From contig OZ024749.1 of assembly GCA_964016885.1 (NCBI GenBank), positions 38,378,001 to 38,442,000 of the forward strand: DNA of 64,000 bases, given 5' to 3'. The notes beneath the pieces are model-generated. The model saw only the letters and a list, made by a program, of their open reading frames with translations. It was not told the origin of the DNA and did no database searches. This document shows positions 30,097 through 43,176 of the stretch, in pieces. Both the position numbers and the translations under genes were made by a program. The DNA is from Eledone cirrhosa. Lineage: Eukaryota. Position 1 is the first letter of the stretch. Every line of letters starts with the position of its first letter.

Positions 30097-31887
30097 GGGT
30101 ATATATATATGTATATATGGGTATATATATGTAGAAAGACATGTTTGTATATATGCACGTGCTATACATTAATGTATAAATGTAGTGCTTGTGCATATAT
30201 GTAGAAACAATCCTCTTGACAACTTACTGGATCTAGTTCGGAATAGTTGAATCTATACCAGTACAGACCCTCCATAATATATATTAGGATTACACCTTCA
30301 TCCACCCTTAATACGCAAATAACTTCGTTCAGTATTCTCAGTGGTTGTCCTTTGCTTAAAGAAACCCGGGCGATACTAATATTAGTCGGTCGACTTCCAA
30401 TACTTGACTGGTATTTTTGCTTTCTTTAATTTTGTTTCCTCACACCATGATCCTGATATCTGTGTGTGTGATTGTGTGTGTGTGTGTGAGAGTGTGTGTG
30501 AGTGTGTGTATGTGTGTGTGTGAGAGAGTGAGAGAGAGTGGAAGGAAAGGTGATTTGATTATGTAGATATTCTAAAGTAGAGTTTAGCATATTTAATGGA
30601 GTGAGTCCTACTAATTGATATTCCAACCGCAACGAAGAATAAAAAATTATCTTGGCTGATGGAATACAGATATTGGAAAGTCGAGAGAGAAATTACGTCT
30701 ATTTATTTGACACCCTTTAAAATATATTCAACATATTTACTTCAGCAATTAGTTTTCAGAAAATTTTATTACTGCCAACTGTGATATAGTACTTACAAAT
30801 GACGTGACCTCGTCTTGATTTCCATTCTTCCGGTGTCAATAGAAATAAGTTACCATTCATTTAATAGCACCGATATAAGATGAGAAAATGAAGTTAAATT
30901 TTCCATATTCATAGAAAGCTATTACATTAAACCTCTTTTTTTGTTTCGTGTAAAAGGTCGGCCATATTGGAAAGGGGTGGAGAAATGTGTATGAGAGAGA
31001 AGGGGGAATTAATCGCACGCTGTAACAGGTCTATATGGAAAGGGAATGGTAAGATTAAGTGTATTAAATAGGGAGATGGGGTTAAATGTTGCACAAGTCA
31101 AGGAAACTTATGAATAAAGCATTTGCGATATTGATTTTTATAAATAAAGCAAATGCGCTATTGATTTTTAACAACCCTTGGTGGTTGTTTCTAATTTAAC
31201 CGTTGAATTTCTATTGTTTCATCTAGTGAAATATTAAATTGCTTTGAGATAGCACTAACACAACTCACACAACTCACTATAGTCAAATCCCATCAAGGTG
31301 AACTTTATTGTTCTATTAATAAGTACTGATGGAATTGGTAGAACGTCGGACAGGATGAGTTGTAGTTCTAAGTGGTGTGTGCTCTAACTGCATGATAAAC
31401 TTAAACAGTTCCCCAGATTGAATTACCACTTGACACTTGTTTGTCATTAATGATGTCCATTCTGCAAAAGGACATCATTCCTTTTCCTTCCATTCCAATA
31501 ATCCGAGGTAGGCAATAACTTACTTCCCTGATTAAATAGTATTGTATATATAGAAATAGATATATAGATAGATAGATAGATAGAGTACACACACATACAC
31601 ATATATATTTATAAACATATATATATATATATATATGGACAGAACAAAGGAGAGGCACAAAACAAAGAAAAGAATCCCCAGTCACTGAAGAGGTCACAGA
31701 ATGTGTGACGAAAGAACGTTGACAATATATGAACAATTTATAAATGTTTTTTGATTTATAATAAATTGGAGTGAAAACAACTGGTGCGTGTGTTTCTTAT
31801 TGGCAACATGACTCTCCCAAAGTATAACAATATCGGTTTCAACACACGCTTTCAGATAAAGAATTTTGCTAAACAAATTCAGAAAGG

Positions 31888-31920
<33 letters not shown>

Positions 31921-31923
<3 letters not shown>

Positions 31924-32120
31924 GAGGGTTTGAAAAGTCCCTGGCTTGATCGCTTCTACAAGGCCTGGGTGGAAGGCCAACCATCCGACATCTTTGTACA
32001 GAGCTTAGAAAAACTGAAGGACCGCTGCAATACGTGTGCGAATCTGCTGAATAAAATCATAAACTGATCCTCTGTGTTTTCTTTTACCCAAAGCCAGGAA
32101 TATTTCAGCACCCCCTCGTA
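31921..32120 (+). mobile_element. Mariner internal-deletion derivative
   Basis: TIRs tacgagggtttgaaaagtccctggctt / aagccaggaatatttcagcaccccctcgta with TA TSD. Internal WVEGQPSDIFVQSLEKLKDRCNTC resembles the mariner transposase C-terminus. Confidence 0.8.
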
Positions 32121-32159
32121 CACACACACACACACACATCTATATATATATATATATAT

Positions 32160-32378
32160 AAACGAAAAAAAATGAAACGAAATTTCATTTCCCACTCTTA
32201 GTACGGCCGTTACTTAAATATAAGTATGTACACGTGCATACATATATGTATACAGACGTACAGTAGTATGTATATATATACATACATGCACACATATATA
32301 TATGTACGTATGGATTCACCGAACATTTATTATAATGCTCGGTGTGTTTGTAAACAAACATCCCGTATTAAGCCGTAG
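32160..32378 (+). mobile_element. MITE family C copy, right TIR truncated
   Basis: Same left TIR and body as 14957; ends at gccgta, the start of the right TIR. Confidence 0.7.
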
Positions 32379-32419
32379 TGTCTTGCAACCATCGTTGCTC
32401 GTTTGTTCAACAGTAATGG

Positions 32420-32574
32420 TTGCATTCTTTAAGGGTATGTCAATATTTATTTATAAAACTGCTCTATATTATATTTTATCTCTGAAAGCACACCATAATT
32501 TAACTTGGTGTCCTTGAAATATGTATAATGAAATAAATATGGTTTTATAAATATAGTTTCCATTTGTTAATATC

Positions 32575-32575
<1 letters not shown>
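32420..32575 (+). mobile_element. Family B copy with damaged hammerhead core
   Basis: tattttat-ctctga-aagcacacca...tggtgtcctt-gaaa-tatgta-ta; same 3' end aaatatagtttccattt. Confidence 0.7.
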
Positions 32576-32640
<65 letters not shown>

Positions 32641-32699
32641 CAAGGCTCTGATACTATCAACACTATAAACACAGAGCTGGCATATCTAAGAACTGACTA

Positions 32700-32759
32700 A
32701 CTACCTGATGAGATCATAGCCATTCAATGGCTATCATCGAAATATATATATATAGCAGT
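32700..32759 (+). ncRNA. Type-I hammerhead ribozyme motif
   Basis: actac-ctgatga-gat c atagccat tca atggctat c atc-gaaa-(ta)5-ta-gcagt. Stem II of 11 bp; stem I 4/5 paired. Confidence 0.8.
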
Positions 32760-32800
32760 AAATAAAGGATTATGAGTTCATGCAATTGACTTATGTTTCG

Positions 32801-32839
<39 letters not shown>

Positions 32840-32841
<2 letters not shown>

Positions 32842-33058
32842 TGAGGTTATATTTAATTTGTTGGGATTCAACAAGCTTGGAACTTCAACCGTTAAGGTTG
32901 TCTTTTTTTCCGGGTATGTCAATATTTATTTATTAAACAAATCTGTATTTTATCTGATGAAAGCGCACCATAATTTGCCTTGGTTGCCCTTGAAATATAT
33001 ATATAATAAAATAATTATGGTTTTATAAATATAGTTTCCATTTATTAATATATTGTAT
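32840..33058 (+). ncRNA. Family B copy with intact-looking hammerhead (core at 32954)
   Basis: tattttat-ctgatga-aag.gcacca...tggttgc.ctt-gaaa-tatatata-ta-ataaaata; 8-bp stem I. Confidence 0.78.
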
Positions 33059-33079
33059 ACACTGAGGATGAAAAACTCA

Positions 33080-33350
33080 GAGCTGTATGGGAGCATCCCA
33101 AAAGTCAGCTCAAAAGTGACACAGAGGAGACTGAGGTTAGCTGGACATGCTCACCGACATCCAGAGTTGACATTGCACTCAGTGCTCCTTTGAGAGCCCC
33201 TACATGGACACACTAGAAGAGGAAGAGCAAGGTTAACGTATGTTGATGCCCTAAGGACAGACACTGGTCTGTTGGAGATGCAGGACATGGCAGCGATAAT
33301 GAGGGGCAGAGACCGCTGGAGAGAACTCGTCCATGGATCTCGGGAATTTT
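33080..33350 (+). pseudogene. RTE-clade LINE 3' fragment
   Basis: LYGSIPKVSSKVTQRRLRLAGHAHRHPE...RRGRARLTYVDAL...RDRWRELV. Confidence 0.8.
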
Positions 33351-33489
33351 ACCCGCCTTAGATAGATAGATAGACAGATAGATATACAGAGAGAGAGATA
33401 GAGAGAGAGATAGGGGGGTGGTTTCCAGCAGTCGGTCATGCATATCAGCACTCCACTCAATGACCCCGATGTTGACCATTGAGGTCGCA

Positions 33490-33615
33490 ATTCATTTCAC
33501 ACTACAGCCGAGTGAAATGAAGTGTCTTCCTCAAGAAAACAGCGCCACACACAATTAGAGAATCGAGCCCACCGCCACACGATTGTGAATCCAACGCTCT
33601 AACCAATAAGCCTTC
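33490..33615 (-). mobile_element. SINE family 2 head
   Basis: Minus strand ggcttattggttagagcgttggattcacaatcgtg...gctcgattc, then ttcttgaggaagacacttcattt. Confidence 0.55.
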
Positions 33616-33974
33616 ACAATCTACTTATGTGTGTGCGGGGGGGGGGGTTGTGTGTGTGGTGGGGGGGTCTGTGTGTGTGTGTGTATGCATGTAATAAGAT
33701 AGATACATAGATGGTTAACAGATGTAAACAAACACACACTCTCTCACACATGTACGTACATATGCTTATATTTATATGTACGTGCGTGTGTGTTTCTGGG
33801 TGTGGGTGTGAGTACATATGTGTGTGTGTGTGTATATATGTCTGTATGTCACATTAATGTATACCGGTCCAAACTGTAATGGCGTCACGTACATTGTGTT
33901 AAAGATAAGAGACAAGAGTTTACACTAATCAATCTGATATCTACTGCATTCTTAGATTAAACATTATGTGTATG

Positions 33975-34008
<34 letters not shown>

Positions 34009-34026
34009 GGTGTGTGTGTGTGTATG

Positions 34027-34059
<33 letters not shown>

Positions 34060-34176
34060 ATGTATATATATATGTGTGTGTGTGTGTGTGTATGTATATA
34101 TATGTGTGTGTGTGCGTATGTATATATGTGTGTGTGTGTGTATGTATATATATATATATGTGTGTGTGTGTGTATG

Positions 34177-34207
<31 letters not shown>

Positions 34208-34210
34208 ATG

Positions 34211-34298
<88 letters not shown>

Positions 34299-34330
34299 CA
34301 AATATATATATATATATATATACAAATATT

Positions 34331-34394
<64 letters not shown>

Positions 34395-34406
34395 TGTGTA
34401 TGTATG

Positions 34407-34444
<38 letters not shown>

Positions 34445-34658
34445 AAGACATATATATACATATGTATACGTGTGTATGTATGTGTATGTATGTGTTTGAG
34501 TGGGTGGGTGTACATACATCATACCTCTGGTGTGTACAACATATTAGTGTGTAAAAGAGTGTGTGAGTGTGTTTGTATGTTTGTAGACATGTATTTTTCG
34601 CAATGCGTTCATATTGAGATGTATTTGATACACATGTGTATTTATGTAATACTGTCAT

Positions 34659-34691
<33 letters not shown>

Positions 34692-34694
<3 letters not shown>

Positions 34695-35122
34695 GGAGGT
34701 GAGTTTTATTGTAGTACAATAAAGCAATGCAGATATCGGATAAGAAGCACTCTACAGTTTGTAGGACTGGAGTATACATAATATATAAGATCAAAAGATG
34801 GTTAAATGAGTTCCATGTATTTTATTATTCGCATTTCAAAAACAAATATCATCATGCAATAACATTTGTGTTTTCATCAGATAAAATAGGAAGACATGAT
34901 ATGAAGGTTAAAAACACTTGTGAATAGTGCAGTTTTAAATCAACATATATGATATGTTGATTTAAAACTGCACTATCCACAAGTGTTTTTAACCTTCATA
35001 TCATGTCTTCCTATTTTATCTGATGAAAACACAAATGTTATTGCATGATGATATTTGTTTTTGAAATGCGCATAATAAAATACATGGCACTCATTTAACC
35101 ATCTTTTGATCTTATATATTAT
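34692..35122 (-). mobile_element. TA-nested fold-back family J: palindrome of about 345 bp plus tail of about 85 nt
   Basis: 34778-34948 pairs with 34952-35122; 3-nt loop, few mismatches. Confidence 0.92.
35012..35082 (+). ncRNA. Type-I hammerhead ribozyme, intact-looking
   Basis: Stem I tattttat/ataaaata (8 bp), ctgatga at 35020, long stem II, gaaa at 35063, palindromic stem III a-tgcgca-t, predicted AUA cleavage after 35074. Confidence 0.85.
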
Positions 35123-35178
35123 ATATATATGTATGTATGTATTTCAATACATACATACACACAAATATATAAATATGC

Positions 35179-35240
<62 letters not shown>

Positions 35241-35386
35241 ACATAGACACATATATATAAATACATATATATGTATATATATATATATACACACAAATAT
35301 ATAAATATGTGTATATATATACACACAAATGCATGAATAAATATATATATATATATATACCTATACATCATTATATATACATAGAT

Positions 35387-35575
35387 GGTGGTGGAATGGC
35401 AGTATTGATAGAGGGTCAGACGCCATGCTTTGCAGCACAGTTACGTCCCTTTACGAACTGAGTTCTAATCCCACCGAGGTTAACTTTGCCTTTCATCCTT
35501 ACGGGGTCGATAAAATAAAGTACCAGTAATGTACTGAGTAATAGCTGGCCTTGTGCCAAAAGTAGAAACAATTAT
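35387..35575 (+). mobile_element. SINE family 1 copy
   Basis: Head, B-box and core all present. Confidence 0.9.
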
Positions 35576-36076
35576 ATATATATATTTGTATGTATGTATA
35601 AACACATACATACAAATATATCAAAATACATACAAACACCCATATACATATATATGTGTGTGGATGTGTGTGGATGTGTGTGTGTGTGTGTGTGCGTTTG
35701 TATGTGTGGATGTGTATATATATAATTATGTATTATATAATGTGCGTGTTGAAATGGTTATTTTCATCTCTTAAACTTCCCATCTCGTCAGAGAGTTTTA
35801 ATACGATAACATTAGTCGCTCATAAACATGTTATATGTTTATACGGCTGAGTCTATATAGAAAGAAGCAGCTTCTTGTTCTTTACGTCATTCAACATAAT
35901 ATTAGATGGGTGGTGGAGGTGAGATAGAGAATTAGAAAAACAGTGATAGAGTGTGTGGAAGAGAGGGGGGGGAACAGAGACAAATTGTAAAATAGAGAGA
36001 GAGGGGGGGTAGCAAATTTGAAAAAGAAAGAGATAAATATAGAGAGAGAGGGACAGAGAGAGAGGGATATATAAAG

Positions 36077-36107
<31 letters not shown>

Positions 36108-36254
36108 CTTCCATTCAGTTGGTAAGCCACCAGATATAAAAAGTACGTTAGTCTAGTTTTATTAGCGAACAAGCGATCCATTTTTGCACGCAATCTTGTC
36201 TTAATAGGATCCAACTGCTTAACAAAAATTTCAACATACGACAGGGAATAAATG

Positions 36255-36305
<51 letters not shown>

Positions 36306-36758
36306 ATATATATAAAATATATGTGTGTGTATATATATAAAATATATATATATATTGATATTGATATTGTATTGCAACCTCAAAAAAAATATACATGTGT
36401 GTGTATGTCTGTATGAATATATATATAGATATATGTCTGTGTGAGTATGTGTATATATACGTATAAATATATGTACGTTTCTGTGTGTATATATATGTGT
36501 GTGTGTGCGTGTGTGTGTATGTGTATGTGTTTGTATGTGTGTGTGTTTGTATAAAAGAAGCATGTTTAGGAAGGGACGAACAGAGTTCGAAAATTGAAAT
36601 AGAAGGCTTCGCCATAAAAGTTTGATTAAGTAAAGTAGTCAAATATTAACGGGGTCAAATATTAACCACTGGACGAAAAATGATAGGCATTACACATGAA
36701 TGCTGGTTTCCCGTCTTTTTACCCTTCAGTGAGATTACACATCCCGTTGTTATTATTA

Positions 36759-36811
<53 letters not shown>

Positions 36812-36815
<4 letters not shown>

Positions 36816-36926
36816 ATAATAATAAATTTGAAGACTAAAATCCAAAGAGGGCTCGATAAGGATAAATATATATCAAATATATAAGAACCGTAGAGCAAAT
36901 ATTTATTAAAATAACAGATTAAATAA

Positions 36927-36930
<4 letters not shown>
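36812..36930 (-). mobile_element. Family G tail fragment between (TA)n tracts
   Basis: Reverse complement of 54550-54660. Confidence 0.8.
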
Positions 36931-36990
<60 letters not shown>

Positions 36991-37066
36991 AGTATTGGCG
37001 CACATAGCAATGCACACGCACATATATGCATACATACATACATTTATTTATTTATCTATCTATCAT

Positions 37067-37192
<126 letters not shown>

Positions 37193-37195
37193 AAT

Positions 37196-37269
<74 letters not shown>

Positions 37270-37334
37270 TGTGAGTGTGAGTCTGTGTGTGTACATACAT
37301 GTATATATATGTAGATTGAGTCTGTGTGAGTGTA

Positions 37335-37391
<57 letters not shown>

Positions 37392-37789
37392 AAAGAACAC
37401 AAGAAACATAAACAATAACAAACAACCCTACGCCAATCCCAACCACTAAACTGAAGGGTCAACATACAGGAGGTTAAATCGAATCGAAGAAAACCATTTT
37501 TATTGGCCAGTAAATGTCAGAACTGGTTGATTAGCTGACAATATTTGCGCAGCCATTATAGTATTTCTCTTAGCACATTCCGGACTAAAGATAATTTATC
37601 TGTCCGTTTACAGAACCAGTTGATTACCTAGCAACATCTGTACAGTCATTAAAATATACTCCATGGCATATTCCTGACTAAACATTGTTTATTTGCTGGG
37701 TTATTTTAACACCAATTCTAAGATACAAAGGAGAATAAGATGGCGGCTAGTCGTATTGGTCCGTTGTCTTTTTGATTCTGCATTAGATT

Positions 37790-37889
37790 TATCATCATCA
37801 GCAGCATCAGCAGCAGCAGTGTGATCGTCGTCATCATCATCATCATCATCGTCATCGTCATTATCGTCATCGTCATTATCGTCATCACC

Positions 37890-37923
<34 letters not shown>

Positions 37924-38050
37924 TCATCGCCATCATCATCGTCATCGTCACCACCACCACCATCGTCATCATCATCATCATCACCATTGTCATCGTCATC
38001 ATTATCATCGTCATCGTCATCATCGCCATCATCATCATCATCGGCGTCGC
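37790..38050. repeat. (ATC/GTC/ACC)n trinucleotide tract
   Basis: Direct inspection; gives the poly-Asp pseudo-ORF. Confidence 0.95.
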
Positions 38051-38326
38051 CATTGTTCTTCTGTCTTTGTTCTGTCCCCAATGTGTTGGACCCTTTTAGC
38101 CAATTAAAGAATTCATTATTATTATTAGTATCATTAATATCGTCGTCATCCCCCCCCACCTCCTCCTCCTCCATCTCATGACAATATGTGTCTTATGATC
38201 ATCATCATCATCATCATCATCACCATTATCACCATTGTAATTGCTATTGTTATCATTATAATTACAACTATAATTTTTTTAATTAGTCTTTCTTTATAAG
38301 AATGTTTCTCTAGTTGATTTCAGAAA

Positions 38327-38620
38327 TAATTGTTTCTACTTTTTGGCACAAGGCCAGCAATTATCCCAATGTATTACTGGTACTTTATTTTATCGACCCC
38401 GTAAGGATGAAAGGCAAAGTTAACCTCGGCGGGATTTGAACTCAGAATAGCAAGGGCCGTAACTCTATGCGTCAAAGCATGGCGTCCGACCCTCTACCGA
38501 TATTGCCAACTCACCGCCGTTATTGTAATAATGGTTTCTGATTTAGGCACAAAGCCAACAATGCTGGAGGGAGGAGTCGATTAAATCTACCCCAGTGCAT
38601 TACTGGTATTTTATATTATC
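38327..38620 (-). mobile_element. SINE family 1 full copy plus adjacent 3' fragment
   Basis: Reverse complement of the consensus at 38327-38518; partial copy at 38530-38620. Confidence 0.88.
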
Positions 38621-39821
38621 TACCTATTCTACCTATTCTACCAATTCTACCTATTCTACCCTTGTTATTGTAGTAATAATAGGTATTGTAAATGTTGATT
38701 CTGCTGTTAAAATCTAACTCAGTCTTTATAGAGTAAAAGTAGCTCAGTGAACTGAAACATACCACTAGAAGTTGTCTCTTCAGAAATGAAAGATCTATTA
38801 TTTTCCACTTGTCTCTCTATAAAGTGAACAGCCGAAACGTGACTTAATTTATGAATCGTTTAATATTCTACAGAAATGTGTATTCCTAACATCCATAAGC
38901 AAAATAGCACCACAAGATATGTCATAATAGTGAACATTAGAATTACAAATACAGCCCACCTCGAATTATAGTGATGCTGTTTTGCATAAGGATGAATATT
39001 CCACCATGTGCAGCTTTAGCAAATTCCCAATCTCTGAATGCTACAGGGATGGATCATTGAATTACTGGTACAATCCATCAGACAGGCTTCTACAAAATCT
39101 TTTTCCACCCAATTTCACTCCCAATTCATGGGTCAACCTATGGTAATATCAGTGTCTAGCGTTCAGAAATCCTTAATCAAAAACTTACTGAGAAGAAATT
39201 CCTGTTACATAATATAACATAAGAGATTAATCCTTTTTGATAACATGTTTTCTGTCAATACATAGATAACTTGTTTTATGCATTACACTCACACGTACAC
39301 AAACAGTATGTATATATATAGAGAGAGAGAGAGAGAGAATTCACAAGAATCAAAGCTATGTTCAAAGCATTTATTCACTTACAATTGTTTCATCCAAACC
39401 TTGGCTTGGGGTCTTCGGACCATTTTTCAATGTCTGTACACATAATTGACCTCCTTTCCAACGCAAGAGACATACAGATACATATGTATATATTGATGTA
39501 CAGTGGAGTGACATATATTATATTATATTATTTCTGTATAGCAATTTAAATTCAAAATTAAAATCACATTATAACAAAATCAAAATTAAAATACAAAATC
39601 AAAGCAAAATTAGATAATGCAAGAGGATAGTTTGTTAGTCAGATGTAGTAGTTATTTTAGTTATTATATAACTGCTCTGTAGAACAACTGATGTTATTAC
39701 ATTGAGCTATTTATCTTACTGGTAATAAGGTAGTAATAAATTACTGACCTTCACTGTTTAGGGTTTAAAATATATATAACTATAAAAAGTTTTAATATAT
39801 ACATAACCATAAATAGTATCC

Positions 39822-39857
<36 letters not shown>

Positions 39858-39861
<4 letters not shown>

Positions 39862-39910
39862 ATAATAATAAATTTGAAGACTAAAACTTTAATCTGTTAT
39901 TTTAATTAAT
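39858..39910 (-). mobile_element. Minimal family G remnant (tail end fused to inverted-arm end)
   Basis: gtaataataataaatttgaagactaaaa joined to ctttaatctgttattttaat. Confidence 0.7.
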
Positions 39911-40194
39911 ATATATTTTTATATATATATATATATATACACACACACGCGCGTACATCTACACATACACACCTAACCTTCCGCCATCTCCGCTCGGACT
40001 CCATTTTTCCTTCCCCCTTCTCTATCCCCCTCCATCCACCCCTAAAGCACCACCCCACTCGTGCCTTCCCCAATCCATACACCCCCCTCACATTTTACAA
40101 CTTTTATTTTTTTTTCATTTCATGTTTTATTTTTATCTCTTTTTTCTCGCTAACTACCCCTCACTCCTTCTCGGGATTCCTTCCCCTCCCCCAC

Positions 40195-40228
40195 TCTCCT
40201 GATGAAGGGCTTATGCCCGAAACGTAGC
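40195..40228 (+). ncRNA. Penelope-type minimal hammerhead motif
   Basis: ctgatga-a-gggc-ttat-gccc-gaaa-cg-ta downstream of a C-rich tract. Stem I not recoverable. Confidence 0.7.
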
Positions 40229-40372
40229 AACCACCCCTCTCACTAAGTGTGTAACTAATAATATTTGTAACATTTACTCCTGCGTTTGTCTGGGTTTTTT
40301 TTGTTTTCTGATATTCCGAATTATATATATATATTCTGGAATGAATAAAATATATACACAGATATAAGGTGA

Positions 40373-40419
<47 letters not shown>

Positions 40420-40581
40420 CGCACACACACACACATATATATATATATGTGTGTTTTGAAAACAGTGAGCGAGTTTGAAAATTAGAAATATAAGCTTTCA
40501 CCATATTTTTGACTAAATAAATTTTAGTCTGATAGTGCGGTTTAGAACCCTCAGAGAAATGAAAAAAGATGAGTATTGACG

Positions 40582-40629
<48 letters not shown>

Positions 40630-40950
40630 CTCATTGCTTTTGACAACAGCTGCTGATATGCATGTAAGTAAATATTCTCCTTATCTGATATTTTATAACT
40701 AACTTTACATAGATCGATAACGAAGTATACTTACGATGTATTATCATCACCTAGAAACGATCGTAAAGCAGTGAAGTATATTTCTAATGATTTGATTTTT
40801 TATTTCATTGTTTTAACTTATATCATGACTCTGTTTTCCTTTTAATGTTTTATTGTTTTCCGGGATTTATTTTAACCTACAACATTTTCAACATATGGAT
40901 TACATTGAGTTCTTCATGCAGACTGGATCCCACAACTTACCGTGGATATC

Positions 40951-41019
<69 letters not shown>

Positions 41020-41604
41020 GAATGAATAATATATATACACAGACATAAGGTGGGTGTATATATATATATATATATATATCCACCTTATATCTGAGTATAT
41101 ACTTTATTCATTCCAGTGATTTCAGAAAACAATGTTTATGTGTTTTGAATTATTTTTGTTGTTTTACTTTTACTTTGCTTGTTTTTAATTGTCCAGTGGA
41201 ACTTTTGATCTTCTTAATTCTTTTCTAAGAAATTATTATCATTTTATTTTAAAAGTTTTTTTTATACAACGAATGGTGTTGAACATATAATTGATAAACT
41301 ACATCACAAAATGAAAAGATATAATGAAACTATCTGTGTATAATTTACTGATAATAATTGGTGTTGGCATTGTTATAGCTGCTTGGATGCTGCTGTTATG
41401 GTGTTGTTGTGTTTGTGTTGTTGATGTTGTAGTTGTTATTGTTGTTGTATTTGTTGTTGTTTTGATTTGTTGTTGTTATGGTGTTGTTGCTGTTATGGCT
41501 GTTTTGAGGGATGTTATTGATATGGTCGTCGCTTTTAATTTTAAATCATCACTATTATTATTGAAATTACTCTTGCTTATTAATATTTTTTTAGTGGCCA
41601 TTAC

Positions 41605-41643
<39 letters not shown>

Positions 41644-42241
41644 TATTATTATCATTTTTATTATCATTATCATTATTGTTGTTGTTGTTATTATTATTAT
41701 TATTATCTTTATTATTGTTATTATTTTTGTTAGTATTATTATTTTTATTATTTTTATTATTATATATTATAATTATTATAATTCTATTTTTTTATTTTTT
41801 GCTAAATGTTCAAAGATTTCGAGAGGAAAAGCTATTTTGTTTTTCTTGTTTGTTATGTGTCTATTTAGCGTCTGGAACGCGTTAACAACAACAAAAATAA
41901 CATTAACATCAATAAAAGAGACATCAACAACAACAGTAACATGAAGATTGAGGGAAATATTAGTGTGTTAATTCAATGGAGAGTATAATAAACTTATACT
42001 AGTCTGCCCCTCACCACCCAAATAAAAATTACAGACTGTGCAATAACTCAGCAATTCTCTAATTACAGACCAATCAAAATAATTCGTCTGATTAGTAATT
42101 TGTCGTCATATTTTTTCTAGTTATTTTCTTTTTCACCTTGTGGGGTTTTTAATGTTTTCTCTGTTGTTCTCTCAACCATCATTTTTGTTCCTGATTATTT
42201 ATAAACACACACACGCATATTATATATACCGACACACACAC

Positions 42242-42347
<106 letters not shown>

Positions 42348-42417
42348 ATGTGTGTGTGTATATATGTATATATGCGTGAGTGTGTTTGTGTGTATAAATA
42401 TAAACATATATATATAT

Positions 42418-42523
42418 AAACGGAAAAAATGAAACGAAATTTCATTTCTGGCTCTTAGTACGGCTGTTACTTAAATATAAGTATGTATACGTACATACAT
42501 ATATGTATACAGACGTACAGTAG

Positions 42524-42587
<64 letters not shown>

Positions 42588-42631
42588 CTACTGTACGTCT
42601 GTATACATATATGTATTTACGTATACATACT

Positions 42632-42633
<2 letters not shown>
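42418..42633 (+). mobile_element. MITE family C left part with inverted duplication across a (TA)n tract
   Basis: 42478-42530 reappears inverted at 42582-42633. Confidence 0.75.
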
Positions 42634-42655
<22 letters not shown>

Positions 42656-42664
<9 letters not shown>

Positions 42665-43041
42665 GAGGTTTTTTTTTACAAAATGAAAAATAACCGAGGT
42701 GTCCTACACGAGTGAAAGTATAAAGAAAAAGAGATGAAATCGAAAATGCAACTGAAGTCTTATTTTTTTTTTTTTTTTTTTTTTTTTAAATATATATATT
42801 TATTTGATTCCTTTACCGGTTTCGCAGTTCTTCTGCTTTTCAAAAGGTGAGTTGAGATGGAGGGTCTGTGGTTTTTCTCACATCACATGTGAGAAAAACC
42901 ACAGACCCTCCATCTCAACTCACCTTTTGAAAAGCAGAAGAACTGCGAAACCGGTAAAGGAATCAAATAAATATATATATTTAAAAAAAAAAAAAAAAAA
43001 AAAATAAGACTTCAGTTGCATTTTCGATTTCATCTCTTTTT

Positions 43042-43048
<7 letters not shown>
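42656..43048 (-). mobile_element. TA-nested fold-back family D: palindrome of about 330 bp plus tail of about 63 nt
   Basis: 42719-42883 pairs with 42887-43048; loop cac. Confidence 0.92.
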
Positions 43049-43081
<33 letters not shown>

Positions 43082-43085
<4 letters not shown>

Positions 43086-43176
43086 ATAATAATAAATGTG
43101 AAGACTAAAATCTAAAGAGGGCTCCATAAGCAGCGATTCTTTGCTTAAACTTTAATCTGTTATTTTAATAAATATA
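43082..43176 (-). mobile_element. Family G copy with centre missing
   Basis: Tail in reverse complement fused to aagcagcgattctttgcttaaactttaatctgttattttaata. Confidence 0.8.

Noticed and set aside
37701-38174. Poly-Asp acidic protein (biomineral-like)
   Set aside because: (ATC)n microsatellite open in multiple frames; no signal peptide or exon evidence.
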